Notes under the pieces: model-generated | Database searches by the model: none | What the model was told of the DNA's origin: nothing | What the model saw: the letters and a program-made list of their open reading frames with translations, nothing else | Shown here: piece after piece, positions 35,765 through 44,986 of the stretch | Layout: each line of letters opens with the position of its first letter | Numbering within the stretch: the first letter of the stretch is position 1 | Translations under genes and position numbers: made by a program | DNA from: a virus | Virus genome (UHGV): UHGV-1351333 | Strand: one strand, 5' to 3' | DNA: 64,000 bases

Positions 35765-37045
35765 ATGAGCAAGACCGAAATTGATATTACCAAGCCGCTT
35801 AATTTGGCTGACCGACAAGAACTCCGTTTTATCGGATACGCCACGCAAAACGCTGACCCGAAGCTGTCTCCGGGAGACGTCATTTATTTTTTGAAGCAGG
35901 CGCGGGATGATAAAAATATCCCTGTGTACGATGTCGCCACCACCAAAAAAGGCAAGGTGGCCGTTGAAAGCCTTTACGCCGACGAGTTTGAGGTTGTAGA
36001 TGCGGATTCCGCAGCGGAAGCCGCCCCTGTTGCGGCGCCGGTTAAAAAGAAAAAAGCCGAACTTAAAAAAGTGGAAGAACCCGACGAGGAACAGCCTGCC
36101 GCCAAGCCCAAGAAGGTCAAGGCCGCCAAAGCGGAAGTTGTTGCCCCTAAAAAAGGAAAGAAGGAAAAAACGAAGGCGGCGGAACCCGTGGAAGAGCCTG
36201 TGGAAGTTCAGGAGCCGCAGGAAGTTCAGGAAGCCGCAACTGAGATTGAACCTGCGGCTGTCGTCCAGCCCGAACCGGTTAAAGAGGCTGCGGACATCAA
36301 GCCCGCTTCTACTCCGGAGCTGGGAATGGACGCCGTAACCCTTAATCTGATTCAGGAGCACGGCGGAAACGCCTGCGCCGCGGCTCTCGCCATCGCCAAA
36401 GATTCCGAGGCTAAACGATTCCTGCTTGGCGGCATCCTGCTTTATATCCAAAAAACGAAAGTTTACGAGGAGGAAAAAGATTCTGCCGGCGCCCCGCGTT
36501 TTACCGGGCAAAAGGGCTTTGCCCTGTTCTGCGAGCAGTATATCGGCCTTTCCTATTCTTCTGCAAAATTGTACCAGCGCATCTACGCCAGTTTCACCAG
36601 CATGGGCCTTGGCGTTGAGGACTTCCGGCGGGTTGGCACGGCCAAAGCCCGTGAAATCGTGCAAATGATTGAGCTGGATTTTTCCAAGGCGGAAGTTGAA
36701 GAGGCTATCCAAATCGGCGAAACGAAAACGCATGACGAACTGCATTCCCACGTGAGTTCGAAAATGCAGGATGCGGAAATTGAGGGTCATGGGCTGCGGG
36801 ATAAAGTCAAGTGCACGCTTTACCGTTTTGAGGTGTTTGCCGACCAGGAGGACATCATCAACGCGGCTATCCGGCTGGCAATGGACAATGGCGACATCAA
36901 GGAGACCGACCAGAACGCCCTTGGACGCGCATTCGTCTCTATCTGCTCCGATTATTTGCAGGCGTACAGCAAAGTGGCGCAGCCCGTGGTGGACGAAAAC
37001 GAAGAGTTCCAGGAATCCGTAGCCCAGGAATCAGTCAATGCCTGA
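35765..37045 (+). CDS. Hypothetical protein with histone-H1-like Lys/Ala/Pro-rich low-complexity region
   Basis: AAPVKKKKAELKKVEEP...AAKPKKVKAAKAEVVAPKKGKKEKTKAAEP repeats. Preceded by palindrome plus TTGCAAT promoter element. Confidence 0.5.
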   Translation: MSKTEIDITKPLNLADRQELRFIGYATQNADPKLSPGDVIYFLKQARDDKNIPVYDVATTKKGKVAVESLYADEFEVVDADSAAEAAPVAAPVKKKKAELKKVEEPDEEQPAAKPKKVKAAKAEVVAPKKGKKEKTKAAEPVEEPVEVQEPQEVQEAATEIEPAAVVQPEPVKEAADIKPASTPELGMDAVTLNLIQEHGGNACAAALAIAKDSEAKRFLLGGILLYIQKTKVYEEEKDSAGAPRFTGQKGFALFCEQYIGLSYSSAKLYQRIYASFTSMGLGVEDFRRVGTAKAREIVQMIELDFSKAEVEEAIQIGETKTHDELHSHVSSKMQDAEIEGHGLRDKVKCTLYRFEVFADQEDIINAAIRLAMDNGDIKETDQNALGRAFVSICSDYLQAYSKVAQPVVDENEEFQESVAQESVNA

Positions 37046-37757
37046 CATTTCCAGATTTCGGTCTGAACTGGCCCGTTTCTTTTCGGAGAGCGGGCCAGGC
37101 TCGCGGCCTGTATTTCCCGACGTCAATGAGGGCGACTTGTGTTTGTGGACGGACGGGTCGGCCCTCGGAGACGCGAGGCAGTTAGGCACGGGCGGAGGGG
37201 CCGCGTTCGTCGTGACGCTGATGGCCGGAGGTGTGGAGCATTATGTAATTTCCTATGCTGAGCGGCTGGACCATCAATCGGATTTTTTTGATTATGGGGT
37301 GACGGTAAATTGCGCGGAAATCAAGGCAATCAACAACGGGCTTTCCTACCTCCAAAAACTGGACTGCGCGGAAGATGCGACGGTGCATGTGTTTTCCGAT
37401 TCCGCTTACGCTGTTTCCGTCCTGTCCAAATGGGTACATGTTTGGGAACGGTCGGAGCGTAAACAGGAATCATGCGCGAAATCCGGCTGGCTGTGTTCTG
37501 ACGGGTGGCCGGTGGCTAACGCCCGATTGATAAAAGATACGCATCGCCTACAGCAAATTTTTCTCCGGGTCGTATATCATAAAGTCGCCGGGCATGCCGG
37601 GTACTTTTTCAATGAGCACGCCGATAATCTGGCGTCAATCGCCCGGAACGGTCAGCTTTCCGACCCGCTGGCGGCAGATTTTAGCTGGTCAGGCCAAAAG
37701 GCGAAATCGGTCCGTTTTGATTATGCCTCCGGAAAAGTCGCGTTGGAGGAATATTAG
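37038..37757 (+). CDS. rnhA: Ribonuclease H
   Basis: LWTDGSALGD (DGS), NCAEIKAINNGL, VFSDSAYAV and HKVAGHAGYFFNEHADNLA match the RNase HI D-E-D-D architecture. Confidence 0.7.
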   Translation: MPDISRFRSELARFFSESGPGSRPVFPDVNEGDLCLWTDGSALGDARQLGTGGGAAFVVTLMAGGVEHYVISYAERLDHQSDFFDYGVTVNCAEIKAINNGLSYLQKLDCAEDATVHVFSDSAYAVSVLSKWVHVWERSERKQESCAKSGWLCSDGWPVANARLIKDTHRLQQIFLRVVYHKVAGHAGYFFNEHADNLASIARNGQLSDPLAADFSWSGQKAKSVRFDYASGKVALEEY

Positions 37758-37774
37758 CTTCTTCATTTTTTCAA

Positions 37775-37928
37775 TTTGCAACGATTGCAAATTTTTTTCG
37801 TGAAAAACTCTTTTTTATCTTGCAATTTATAAAAAACAATGCTAAATTACATTCATCAAAGGGAAGGAAAAACCTTCCCGCACAGCTAAAAAACCTGAAA
37901 GTTAAATTAAAAAAAGGAACTAAAAAAA
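37775..37928 (+). promoter_or_regulatory. Conserved promoter-leader element (palindrome, TTGCAAT box, TAAATTAC box, leader hairpin)
   Basis: TTTGCAACGATTGCAAA, then ...TCTTGCAATTTATAAAAAACAATGCTAAATTACATTCATCAAAGGGAAGGAAAAACCTTCCC... before the ATG at 37929. Leader hairpin GGGAAGG/CCTTCCC. Confidence 0.7.
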
Positions 37929-38261
37929 ATGATTATTAGCATGAATCCTTGCAGCTCCTGGATGATTGAAGTCAGCGAATTTTCTCATCTTAATTTGGGC
38001 ATTGAAAATTCCGAATCAATCCAGCTCGAAGATGAAACGGAAGTAACGTGGTTCCGGGAAAAGCTGGAATCCAGAATGGAAGAAATAGAAGACCAGATTG
38101 ATACGCATCCTGAAGATAAAATTTTGGAAGACAAATACAACGAACTGAACGAAGCGCTGGAAGACCTTGCCGCGGCTCGTGAAGAACAGGAAGAATACGA
38201 AGTCAGGGAAGCGGAAGCTTTTTTGCAGGAACGCTATGAAGAAAAGCTCTGCTGCTATTGA
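37929..38261 (+). CDS. Small highly acidic protein
   Basis: 110 aa, about 30% Asp/Glu, predicted helical. Immediately downstream of a full conserved promoter-leader element. Confidence 0.5.
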   Translation: MIISMNPCSSWMIEVSEFSHLNLGIENSESIQLEDETEVTWFREKLESRMEEIEDQIDTHPEDKILEDKYNELNEALEDLAAAREEQEEYEVREAEAFLQERYEEKLCCY

Positions 38262-38293
38262 TTAAAAAAATCTTAAAAAACCTATTAAACAAA

Positions 38294-38743
38294 ATGAAAA
38301 AGAACACATACGTTAGAAATCGCCGTCAGGAACCGCTGAATTCCGAAGTGAAGCAGCCGACTTCCAAGGAGCTGGAGGACATCGCTACGTTGGCCTGCCA
38401 GTTTTATCAGCAAAACAAGATTAAAAATGCCGCCGCGGCCAAAGAACGCTCCATACGTTCCCGGCTGCTTTCCCTGTGCGTGGAAGCCGGCGTGAAGTCC
38501 CAGGAAGTGACCTGCGTTTCCGAAGACGGTTCCAAGCTGGTTCTTTCCGTTACCGTGGCTCCGGGGCAGAAGAGCGTCATTGACCTGGATACGCTGAAAA
38601 GGCTCATCCCCGCGGAACAGTATGAAAAATGCCTGTCCGCGACCCAGACGAGGGTTGAAGAAGTGGCTGGAAAAACTATCGCGCTGGCCGCAAGGCGCGT
38701 AGTGTCCACGGAAATGAACGTGTCCGTTTCCACGAAAAAATAA
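38294..38743 (+). CDS. Hypothetical protein
   Basis: First ATG in ORF 38258-38743; the 38258 ATG overlapping the upstream stop is also possible. Confidence 0.4.
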   Translation: MKKNTYVRNRRQEPLNSEVKQPTSKELEDIATLACQFYQQNKIKNAAAAKERSIRSRLLSLCVEAGVKSQEVTCVSEDGSKLVLSVTVAPGQKSVIDLDTLKRLIPAEQYEKCLSATQTRVEEVAGKTIALAARRVVSTEMNVSVSTKK

Positions 38744-38766
38744 TTAACCGAAGCCGGGGCGAGGGT

Positions 38767-39786
38767 ATGAGAGAATCCAGCATTCGGGAAATTTTAGCCG
38801 AATTGGGGATAGATGCGGCCCATCTGTCCCCCACCGGCTGGCTAATCTGCTCCTGCCCGTTCGCCCCGGCGACACACCAGTATGGGACTGACCGCAGGCC
38901 GTCTTTCGGTGTCAAGGTAGATTTGGAATCCCCGTCGGCGTACAAATGTTTCACGTGCCATGAACACGGATTGTTCACCGGGCTTCCCATCCGGCTGGGC
39001 GCCTTGCTGGGCGACCCCGGCATGTACAAGCAAGTCCGCAACCGGGCCGTTTTTTTGGAATCCGCCACCCTTCCGGATTTTGACGAAGGCGTGAACGCGC
39101 AAACGGTCGAATCTCTGAGGGTGCTTGACGTGTCGATGCTGGACATATACCCGTCGCCGATGGATGCGGAAGCCCCGCGGAAGTATTTGTTTGAGCGCGG
39201 AGTTTCAGAACATGCCGCGCTTGTCATGGACCTGCGGTTTGACCCGCAGGAAAGCCGGATTCTTTTTCCGCTGTTTTCCAGGGACCGGGAGTTGCTTGGA
39301 TTTTCCGGGCGGTCTATCCTGTCCCCGCTTCCGGAGGGCGCTCCAAAGATAAAAAACTATGCGGGAGTGAAAACCGATCGATGCTTGCTGGGCGCCCATT
39401 TGATTCCGCATCAGCCGGACGGCAAACCGGTATTTGTCGTCGAGGGCCTGTTTGCTTATGCTCACTTAATCTCGATTGGCGCCCGCAGATTCTGCCACCC
39501 GGTAGCCACTCTTGGCAGCCATTTGTCTTTCCCGCAGCGGGATTTATTGGCGATGCTGGGGCGGCCTGTGTTTCTTTGCTACGACGGCGACGCCGCCGGG
39601 ACAATAGGCCTGTTCGGTCAATGGAACCGGCAGGCGAAGAAGTTTATGGGCGACGGGGCGGTGGACAGATTAAAAGACCATGTGCCGACATTCGTCTGCA
39701 AGTACCCGGCGGGGCGTTCCGACCCTGATGCCTTGAGGCTGTCGGACGTAACCCAGATGCTCGATAAATGGAACATCAGCTATTAA
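38767..39786 (+). CDS. dnaG: DNA primase, DnaG-like (zinc ribbon + TOPRIM)
   Basis: CSCPFAPATHQYGTDRRPSFGV (DnaG zinc-binding CPFH.E.TPSF-like) and KCFTCHEHG. TOPRIM FVVEGLFAYAHL and FLCYDGDAAG. Confidence 0.75.
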   Translation: MRESSIREILAELGIDAAHLSPTGWLICSCPFAPATHQYGTDRRPSFGVKVDLESPSAYKCFTCHEHGLFTGLPIRLGALLGDPGMYKQVRNRAVFLESATLPDFDEGVNAQTVESLRVLDVSMLDIYPSPMDAEAPRKYLFERGVSEHAALVMDLRFDPQESRILFPLFSRDRELLGFSGRSILSPLPEGAPKIKNYAGVKTDRCLLGAHLIPHQPDGKPVFVVEGLFAYAHLISIGARRFCHPVATLGSHLSFPQRDLLAMLGRPVFLCYDGDAAGTIGLFGQWNRQAKKFMGDGAVDRLKDHVPTFVCKYPAGRSDPDALRLSDVTQMLDKWNISY

Positions 39787-39899
39787 AATTTTTTTCATTT
39801 TTTTCTTGCAATAAAATAATGTCATGCTTTACTTTCAATGTTCCCATCATGGAACATCAATAAAAACAACACTCCCATTGGAGCTATTAAAAAAATAAA

Positions 39900-40931
39900 A
39901 TGAACTCAAATCAATCATCACAAAGCGCACGGCGCGGCAAATCCGTATTGGAGCAGGCCGCGAAAAGTCAGCAGCAGCAATTCAGCCGGCAGCGTATGCC
40001 GTTCAGGTTCTTCCTCGCCAAAGGCGGCGAGGCTAAAATCGTCATCCTTGATTACGCTTTCGCCACCGACGACGGAAACGGGAATGGGCTGGTTATCAAA
40101 GAGCACAATTTGAAAAAGCCCGATGGAACGTTTGGAAACTTCCAGCCCTGCACCTCGGAACGCGGCCATTGCGATATTTGCGAGACCTACAAAAAAGAGT
40201 TCGCACCGTACTACGCCGTCGTCATGTCCATTATCGACTGGCGGCCTTACACCAACAAAAACGGGGAAACTGTCCAAGGCTCTAAAAAACTGCTCGTCAT
40301 TAAAATGTGGCAGCGGGACAAGTGGTACGAGCTTCAGGAAGTCGCGTTCGCCCAGAACGGCAAGCGCGGCATGCGCGGCATGGTGTTGCGGATGAAGCGA
40401 AGCGAGGACGCGAAGAGCAGCAGCATCGGCGAGCCGGTAGCGTTTACTTCCCCGGCGTCGCTGGCCGGGCGCATGTGCGGATTCCTGTCGGAGGAAGCCA
40501 TGTTGAAAAAGTTTGGCGGGCAAGACATCGTTGGTCGTGACGGCAAGGTTTATCAAAAGGCCGGGGACGGCATCAAGCCGTTTAATTATGAGGAACTATT
40601 TCCGGAACCGGAACCGATTAACGAGTTTTCCAACTCCAATTCCCGGTCTTCCGGGGATGCGGATTTCGGCGATGACGACGATTTTGGTCAGGATTTACAA
40701 GGCGGCGACAACGCCTCGGAGGACTTTGACCCGGATGATTTTCGCCCCGCGGCAGGTCAGGACGGCGACGGAGAGGATTGCCTCAACGCCGATGTGGATT
40801 TTGCGGGGGATGAAGATTTCAGCCAGGAGCCTCCGGCCCGCACCAGAGGGCGCCGTGTGCCTGACCCGGAAGAGCCGGGCAACCAGCCCCAGACCGGAGA
40901 TGATTTCGATGATGACGACATCCCTATGTGA
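39900..40931 (+). CDS. Single-stranded DNA-binding protein candidate (gp32-like Zn motif, acidic tail ending DDDDIPM)
   Basis: CTSERGHCDICETY has C-x5-H-C-x2-C spacing reminiscent of T4 gp32 Zn site. About 110-aa Asp-rich C-terminal tail ends DDDDIPM (compare bacterial SSB DDDIPF tip). Confidence 0.5.
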   Translation: MNSNQSSQSARRGKSVLEQAAKSQQQQFSRQRMPFRFFLAKGGEAKIVILDYAFATDDGNGNGLVIKEHNLKKPDGTFGNFQPCTSERGHCDICETYKKEFAPYYAVVMSIIDWRPYTNKNGETVQGSKKLLVIKMWQRDKWYELQEVAFAQNGKRGMRGMVLRMKRSEDAKSSSIGEPVAFTSPASLAGRMCGFLSEEAMLKKFGGQDIVGRDGKVYQKAGDGIKPFNYEELFPEPEPINEFSNSNSRSSGDADFGDDDDFGQDLQGGDNASEDFDPDDFRPAAGQDGDGEDCLNADVDFAGDEDFSQEPPARTRGRRVPDPEEPGNQPQTGDDFDDDDIPM

Positions 40932-40972
40932 TTTTCGTTTTTAACTGTTAATTGTTAATTTATTTGCCGGAA

Positions 40973-42397
40973 ATGGACGCGGTTTTGTCTCAACTTTGCT
41001 GGATTCCGAAAATGCGGCTGACTCCGACCCAGGAAGCGGAATTGATTTCCGACCTGACTATTTACCCTCGGATTTCCGGGTTTTCGGACAACGCGCCGTT
41101 GAAGAAGATTCAAACGTTCATTTCCGGCAAAACGTATCTTGGCGTGCCGTGTTTCTACGGGCGGCAATGGTGTGATAAGCACCGCATTGCAGTCAAAGAC
41201 GACACGTCTTCCGGCTTTAATATTTCCAAATACATCCGGGCGTTGCCTGACCCGCATCATCCGTCCGCTTCCCAGGGGCAGGAAGAATTCTTTTCTTCCA
41301 TGCTGGAAGCGGTCAAGGCCAACAACACCGTACTGGCCGAAGCTCCTACCGGGAGCGGAAAAACCGTAACGGCGTTAAATGCCATTGGCCGTCTAGGCCG
41401 CTCGGCGCTGATAATCGTCCCGAATGGTCCGCTGATGGAACAGTGGAAAAAAGAGGCTATCCGGCATTTGGGCCTGAAAGACGGGGAAGTCGGCGTGATT
41501 GGTGGCGGCAAATCCTCCTGGCGGGATAAGCCGGTGGTAGTGGCTATCATCCACAATATCTGCATGGCGTCCATGCCGGATGCGTTTTACAGGTCGTTCG
41601 GAATCACGGTATGGGATGAGGCCCATGTCGTGGGGGCGGAGTGGTTCAGTTTGTCGACGCAGCATTTGCGTTCAAAATACCGGATTGCCATTACCGCCAC
41701 CCCAAACCGTTCGGACGGGTGCATGCGGATTGTCACCGACGCTTTCGGCCCCGTTGCCGTGAAGCATAGCGGGAACGCGGTACCTGTGATTTACGCTCCG
41801 TTGAGCTATAGTCTCCCGGCTAAACTGCGGGCCTGGGCCGACCGCGCCCAGGGCAAAGAAATGTCCAGAGTGCTAAAGGCGCTGACTGCCGACGCGGCGC
41901 GGAATATTAAAATCGGAAGGCTGGCGCTTGCCGGGTACAAAAAAAACCGTAACATCCTGCTGATTTCCGACCGCATTTCCCATTTGGAGGCGATGCACGA
42001 CATTTTGACCCATCTGGGCGTTCCGCCTGAACACATAGGCATGTTTTCCGGGGCGGTGAAAGGCGATAAAGCCGCGGACGGAAAGAAAAAGCTGACCAAA
42101 AAACAGAAACTGGATGATGTGGTCAAAAATCCGAAGTACCGGGTGATTTTAGCTACCTACGCGATGATGAAACTCGGAATTGATATTCCGCGGCTCGACA
42201 TGGGAATCGACATCAGCCCGAAAAGTGAAGCCGTGCAGACGGTGGGGCGTATCAGGAGGCCGTTTCTGAATAAGCCGACCCCGGTCTGGTTCACAGTTGT
42301 CGATTCGGGCCGGAGATTCCAGGCGTTGTATCGTAGCCGGGAAATGGAGCTGCTGTCAAAAGGCAGCGTGGAAATAAAACCGATTAAAACTTTATGA
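40973..42397 (+). CDS. Superfamily 2 DEAH-box helicase
   Basis: Walker A AEAPTGSGKT, motif II VWDEAHVV, motif III ITATPNRSD, motif VI TVGRIRR. First ATG in ORF 40952-42397. Confidence 0.7.
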   Translation: MDAVLSQLCWIPKMRLTPTQEAELISDLTIYPRISGFSDNAPLKKIQTFISGKTYLGVPCFYGRQWCDKHRIAVKDDTSSGFNISKYIRALPDPHHPSASQGQEEFFSSMLEAVKANNTVLAEAPTGSGKTVTALNAIGRLGRSALIIVPNGPLMEQWKKEAIRHLGLKDGEVGVIGGGKSSWRDKPVVVAIIHNICMASMPDAFYRSFGITVWDEAHVVGAEWFSLSTQHLRSKYRIAITATPNRSDGCMRIVTDAFGPVAVKHSGNAVPVIYAPLSYSLPAKLRAWADRAQGKEMSRVLKALTADAARNIKIGRLALAGYKKNRNILLISDRISHLEAMHDILTHLGVPPEHIGMFSGAVKGDKAADGKKKLTKKQKLDDVVKNPKYRVILATYAMMKLGIDIPRLDMGIDISPKSEAVQTVGRIRRPFLNKPTPVWFTVVDSGRRFQALYRSREMELLSKGSVEIKPIKTL

Positions 42398-42939
42398 CAT
42401 TGAGCGAAACTAACAAACCCGCTGTGGAGGCCGGGGCCGGGCATGATTCTGCGCGGCTTCATGGCCGCAAAAAAAAATACGAAACAAAGCGTGAAATGCA
42501 GATAGCGAAAAACCGCTACCACAAAACGCTGACTTATAAAGTCAAAAACCGGGCGCGGTATCATGTGGATTCCGATTACCGGGAATCGGTGCGACTGCAA
42601 AACCGGAAAGCAAATGAACGGAAGAAACGCATCATGCTGGCGCAAGCAGTCGTCCGGGGAGGGAAGTACCTGCGTGCGGTGATGAATGAACCGCCCATTG
42701 TCGTTGCCGGGGAAGAGCTGATAACAAGAAAAAGATTTTTGGAGTTAATCAGCCGGTCATATCCAACCCTGGTACGGTGGAGGGTACACAGGAAATTCAC
42801 CGTGGAGGAAGTGCACATTTCCGTGGTCCGGAACGGTCGGATTGTCCCCCGTCTGGAACAGATCGCCTACCGGAAAAAAGACCTAATCCAGTTCATCGAC
42901 GCCAACCGAGAATATGTCGGGTTGACGAAAACGAATTAA
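42394..42939 (+). CDS. Hypothetical basic protein
   Basis: 181 aa, Arg/Lys-rich. ATG overlaps the upstream stop. Confidence 0.4.
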   Translation: MTLSETNKPAVEAGAGHDSARLHGRKKKYETKREMQIAKNRYHKTLTYKVKNRARYHVDSDYRESVRLQNRKANERKKRIMLAQAVVRGGKYLRAVMNEPPIVVAGEELITRKRFLELISRSYPTLVRWRVHRKFTVEEVHISVVRNGRIVPRLEQIAYRKKDLIQFIDANREYVGLTKTN

Positions 42940-42951
42940 ACATTTCCTCAA

Positions 42952-42968
42952 TTTGCAACGATTGCAAA
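42952..42968. promoter_or_regulatory. 7-3-7 inverted repeat TTTGCAACGATTGCAAA
   Basis: Intergenic, 34 nt upstream of the 43002 ATG. Confidence 0.65.
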
Positions 42969-43001
42969 TTTTTTTATCAAAAACCAGAAACAAAAATAAC
43001 C

Positions 43002-43379
43002 ATGAGTCAAGAAACATCCAGCCGTTCCAGAGCGTTGCCGCCGCAAGGCGGTTCAGCTATCGTGGAAACCGCCGTCACGCAGAACCGCGTCCCAGTAACC
43101 GGCGGGGCGCATTCCATGCCGCTGAATCCGTTGTACAATGATAACCGCCCGTCAAATAATCCGGCGTATGTAGCCGTTGGCGCGTCCCTGACGCTTCCGG
43201 GGCTGCAAATGTATTCATCCGTGAAAATCATGGCTACAGTCACCCTTCCGGCTTTTCCGGATGATGAATCCATTCAGGCTGCGGCGCAGGCCGCCGGAAA
43301 TATGGCGGAGACGTTTTTATACGAAGAAGCCGACCGTTTTAAAGATTTTCTTCCGGAAGAAGGGAGGGGGCGTTGCTGA
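43002..43379 (+). CDS. Hypothetical protein
   Basis: First ATG after the palindrome 42952-42968. The ORF-table 5' extension translates the palindrome. Confidence 0.4.
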   Translation: MSQETSSRSRALPPQGGSAIVETAVTQNRVPVTGGAHSMPLNPLYNDNRPSNNPAYVAVGASLTLPGLQMYSSVKIMATVTLPAFPDDESIQAAAQAAGNMAETFLYEEADRFKDFLPEEGRGRC

Positions 43380-44605
43380 TGGCCGGGGAATCGCCAAAAC
43401 GGTCGAGGTCGCAAAAAGTATCTGCCCCGGCGGGGCTGGCCGAACTGCGTGCCGACCTTGTGAAAGGCGGGCGTGGGCGGGCTATGGACGGCAGCCGCAT
43501 CGGCGTAGATGACTGGATGATTCCCACGGGAATCTTCCACTTGGATTACGCTTTTTTGGGCGGCATCCAGGAAGGCCAGGTGACGATGTTCCTGGGGCTT
43601 CCGTCCGCGCATAAAACGACTATCGCCCTGAAAACCATTGCCGGGCTGCACCGGAAATACCCGAATAAATGGGCAGTGCTTGTGGACGCGGAAGACAACT
43701 ACGACCAGAAATATTCCCAGGATTTGGGCATTGATACCGACCGCCTGGAAGTCATCAAACCCTTTGACGGGCCTACCGCCGTTGATGCGCTGGAAGCCGC
43801 ATTGCGCGTCCCGGAAGTAGGGCTTGTCGTGTTGGATTCTATTCCCGCCTGTTCTGGGATGCAGGTGCTTACCAAATCGGCGGAAGATGCCAGCGTGTCG
43901 GAATTGGCGACAATCATGAGCCGGATGGCCAGCAAAATCACGTCAACACTGGTAAGCGAAAAAGAAAAAGGCCATTTGGTGTCGGTCATTCTGCTGAATC
44001 AGTTCCGGTCTAAAATTGGCGTGATGTTCGGCAATCCGCTGACCAGCCCCGGAGGCTATTTTATCAATCATCTGGCGACGAGGAAAATCGTATTCCGTTC
44101 CAAGGCTATCCTTCAAAGCACGAGCCTCGATGAAAAAGCGGAAGGCGTGGCCCAGATTTCTTTCACCGTGGAAAAATCAAAGTTCGGCGGCCCTGTCCGG
44201 GCTGGGGAATTTTTCATGTCGCATCTTCCGCAGGGCTACCCGGTGATGAACCCGTCGGCAACCAAGGAAAGCACCCGCATCTGCGTCAACCGCCCCTATT
44301 TACAGGGGGAGGTGATTGAAGAGCCGCAGGTAGTCCAGCTGGCCGTGAAATACGGGCTGCTTTCCGGCGCGGGCGCCAACATGGCCTGTCCGCTCATATC
44401 CCAGGAAAAAATGTCCAAAACGCAATGGATGCTATGGCTTAGAGACCATCCGGAAGAATCGGACATCCTCAAAGCGAATCTTATCGCGTTGTACCGGGCG
44501 TACTCAAACCGCCAGCCGATTCCGGTTGACGGGTATTTGCTCGGAGTGGGGAAAGACAAGATTTTGCCGGAGGAAAGCCTCCGGAAGATTATCGCCAACA
44601 TGTGA
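43379..44605 (+). CDS. RecA-like recombination ATPase
   Basis: IPTGIFHLDYAFLGGIQEGQVTMFLGLPSAHKTTIAL parallels RecA ISTGSL.LD.ALG.GG.P.GRI.EI.G.ESSGKTTL. LVVLDSIPA parallels RecA VVDSVAAL. Walker A has H in place of the second Gly. Confidence 0.6.
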   Translation: MAGESPKRSRSQKVSAPAGLAELRADLVKGGRGRAMDGSRIGVDDWMIPTGIFHLDYAFLGGIQEGQVTMFLGLPSAHKTTIALKTIAGLHRKYPNKWAVLVDAEDNYDQKYSQDLGIDTDRLEVIKPFDGPTAVDALEAALRVPEVGLVVLDSIPACSGMQVLTKSAEDASVSELATIMSRMASKITSTLVSEKEKGHLVSVILLNQFRSKIGVMFGNPLTSPGGYFINHLATRKIVFRSKAILQSTSLDEKAEGVAQISFTVEKSKFGGPVRAGEFFMSHLPQGYPVMNPSATKESTRICVNRPYLQGEVIEEPQVVQLAVKYGLLSGAGANMACPLISQEKMSKTQWMLWLRDHPEESDILKANLIALYRAYSNRQPIPVDGYLLGVGKDKILPEESLRKIIANM

Positions 44606-44617
44606 GGTGGGGGGGGT

Positions 44618-44986
44618 ATGAAACAACCAAAACGTTTAGGGGTTTTGACACAGAGCCGGGCCTATAACCACGCCCCGGTACAGGAGCGGGAAGCCGCGAA
44701 AAGGCTTGGCGGGCGTACCACCCCGGCATCTGGCTCCCTTCGGGAAAAAGGTGATGTGCGCGTTTCCGGCATTCTTCGTTTGGAGTGCAAGGCCACTTCA
44801 AAAAAATCGTTTTCCGTCACCAGGGACATGGTGCGGAAAATCACGGAAGCCGGGGAACTTTCCGGGGAACTGCCCGCCATTGAAATTGAGTTTCTTCCCC
44901 TGGCCGGGCAATTTCACGGGAGGGTTGCCGTTGTCCCGGCATACGTCCTGAATCAACTTGTTACCGGAGAAAAACAGCATGGATAA
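44618..44986 (+). CDS. Putative PD-(D/E)XK nuclease (Holliday-junction-resolvase-like)
   Basis: GDVRVSGILRLECKAT fits a D...E.K catalytic arrangement. A G8 tract lies directly upstream of the ATG. Lies within the recombination cluster. Confidence 0.35.
   Translation: MKQPKRLGVLTQSRAYNHAPVQEREAAKRLGGRTTPASGSLREKGDVRVSGILRLECKATSKKSFSVTRDMVRKITEAGELSGELPAIEIEFLPLAGQFHGRVAVVPAYVLNQLVTGEKQHG

Noticed and set aside
34625-36790. 721-aa minus-strand ORF
   Set aside because: Antisense to DNA polymerase and the following gene, both of which have strong motif support. Long shadow ORFs are expected at 55% GC. No start context or family resemblance.
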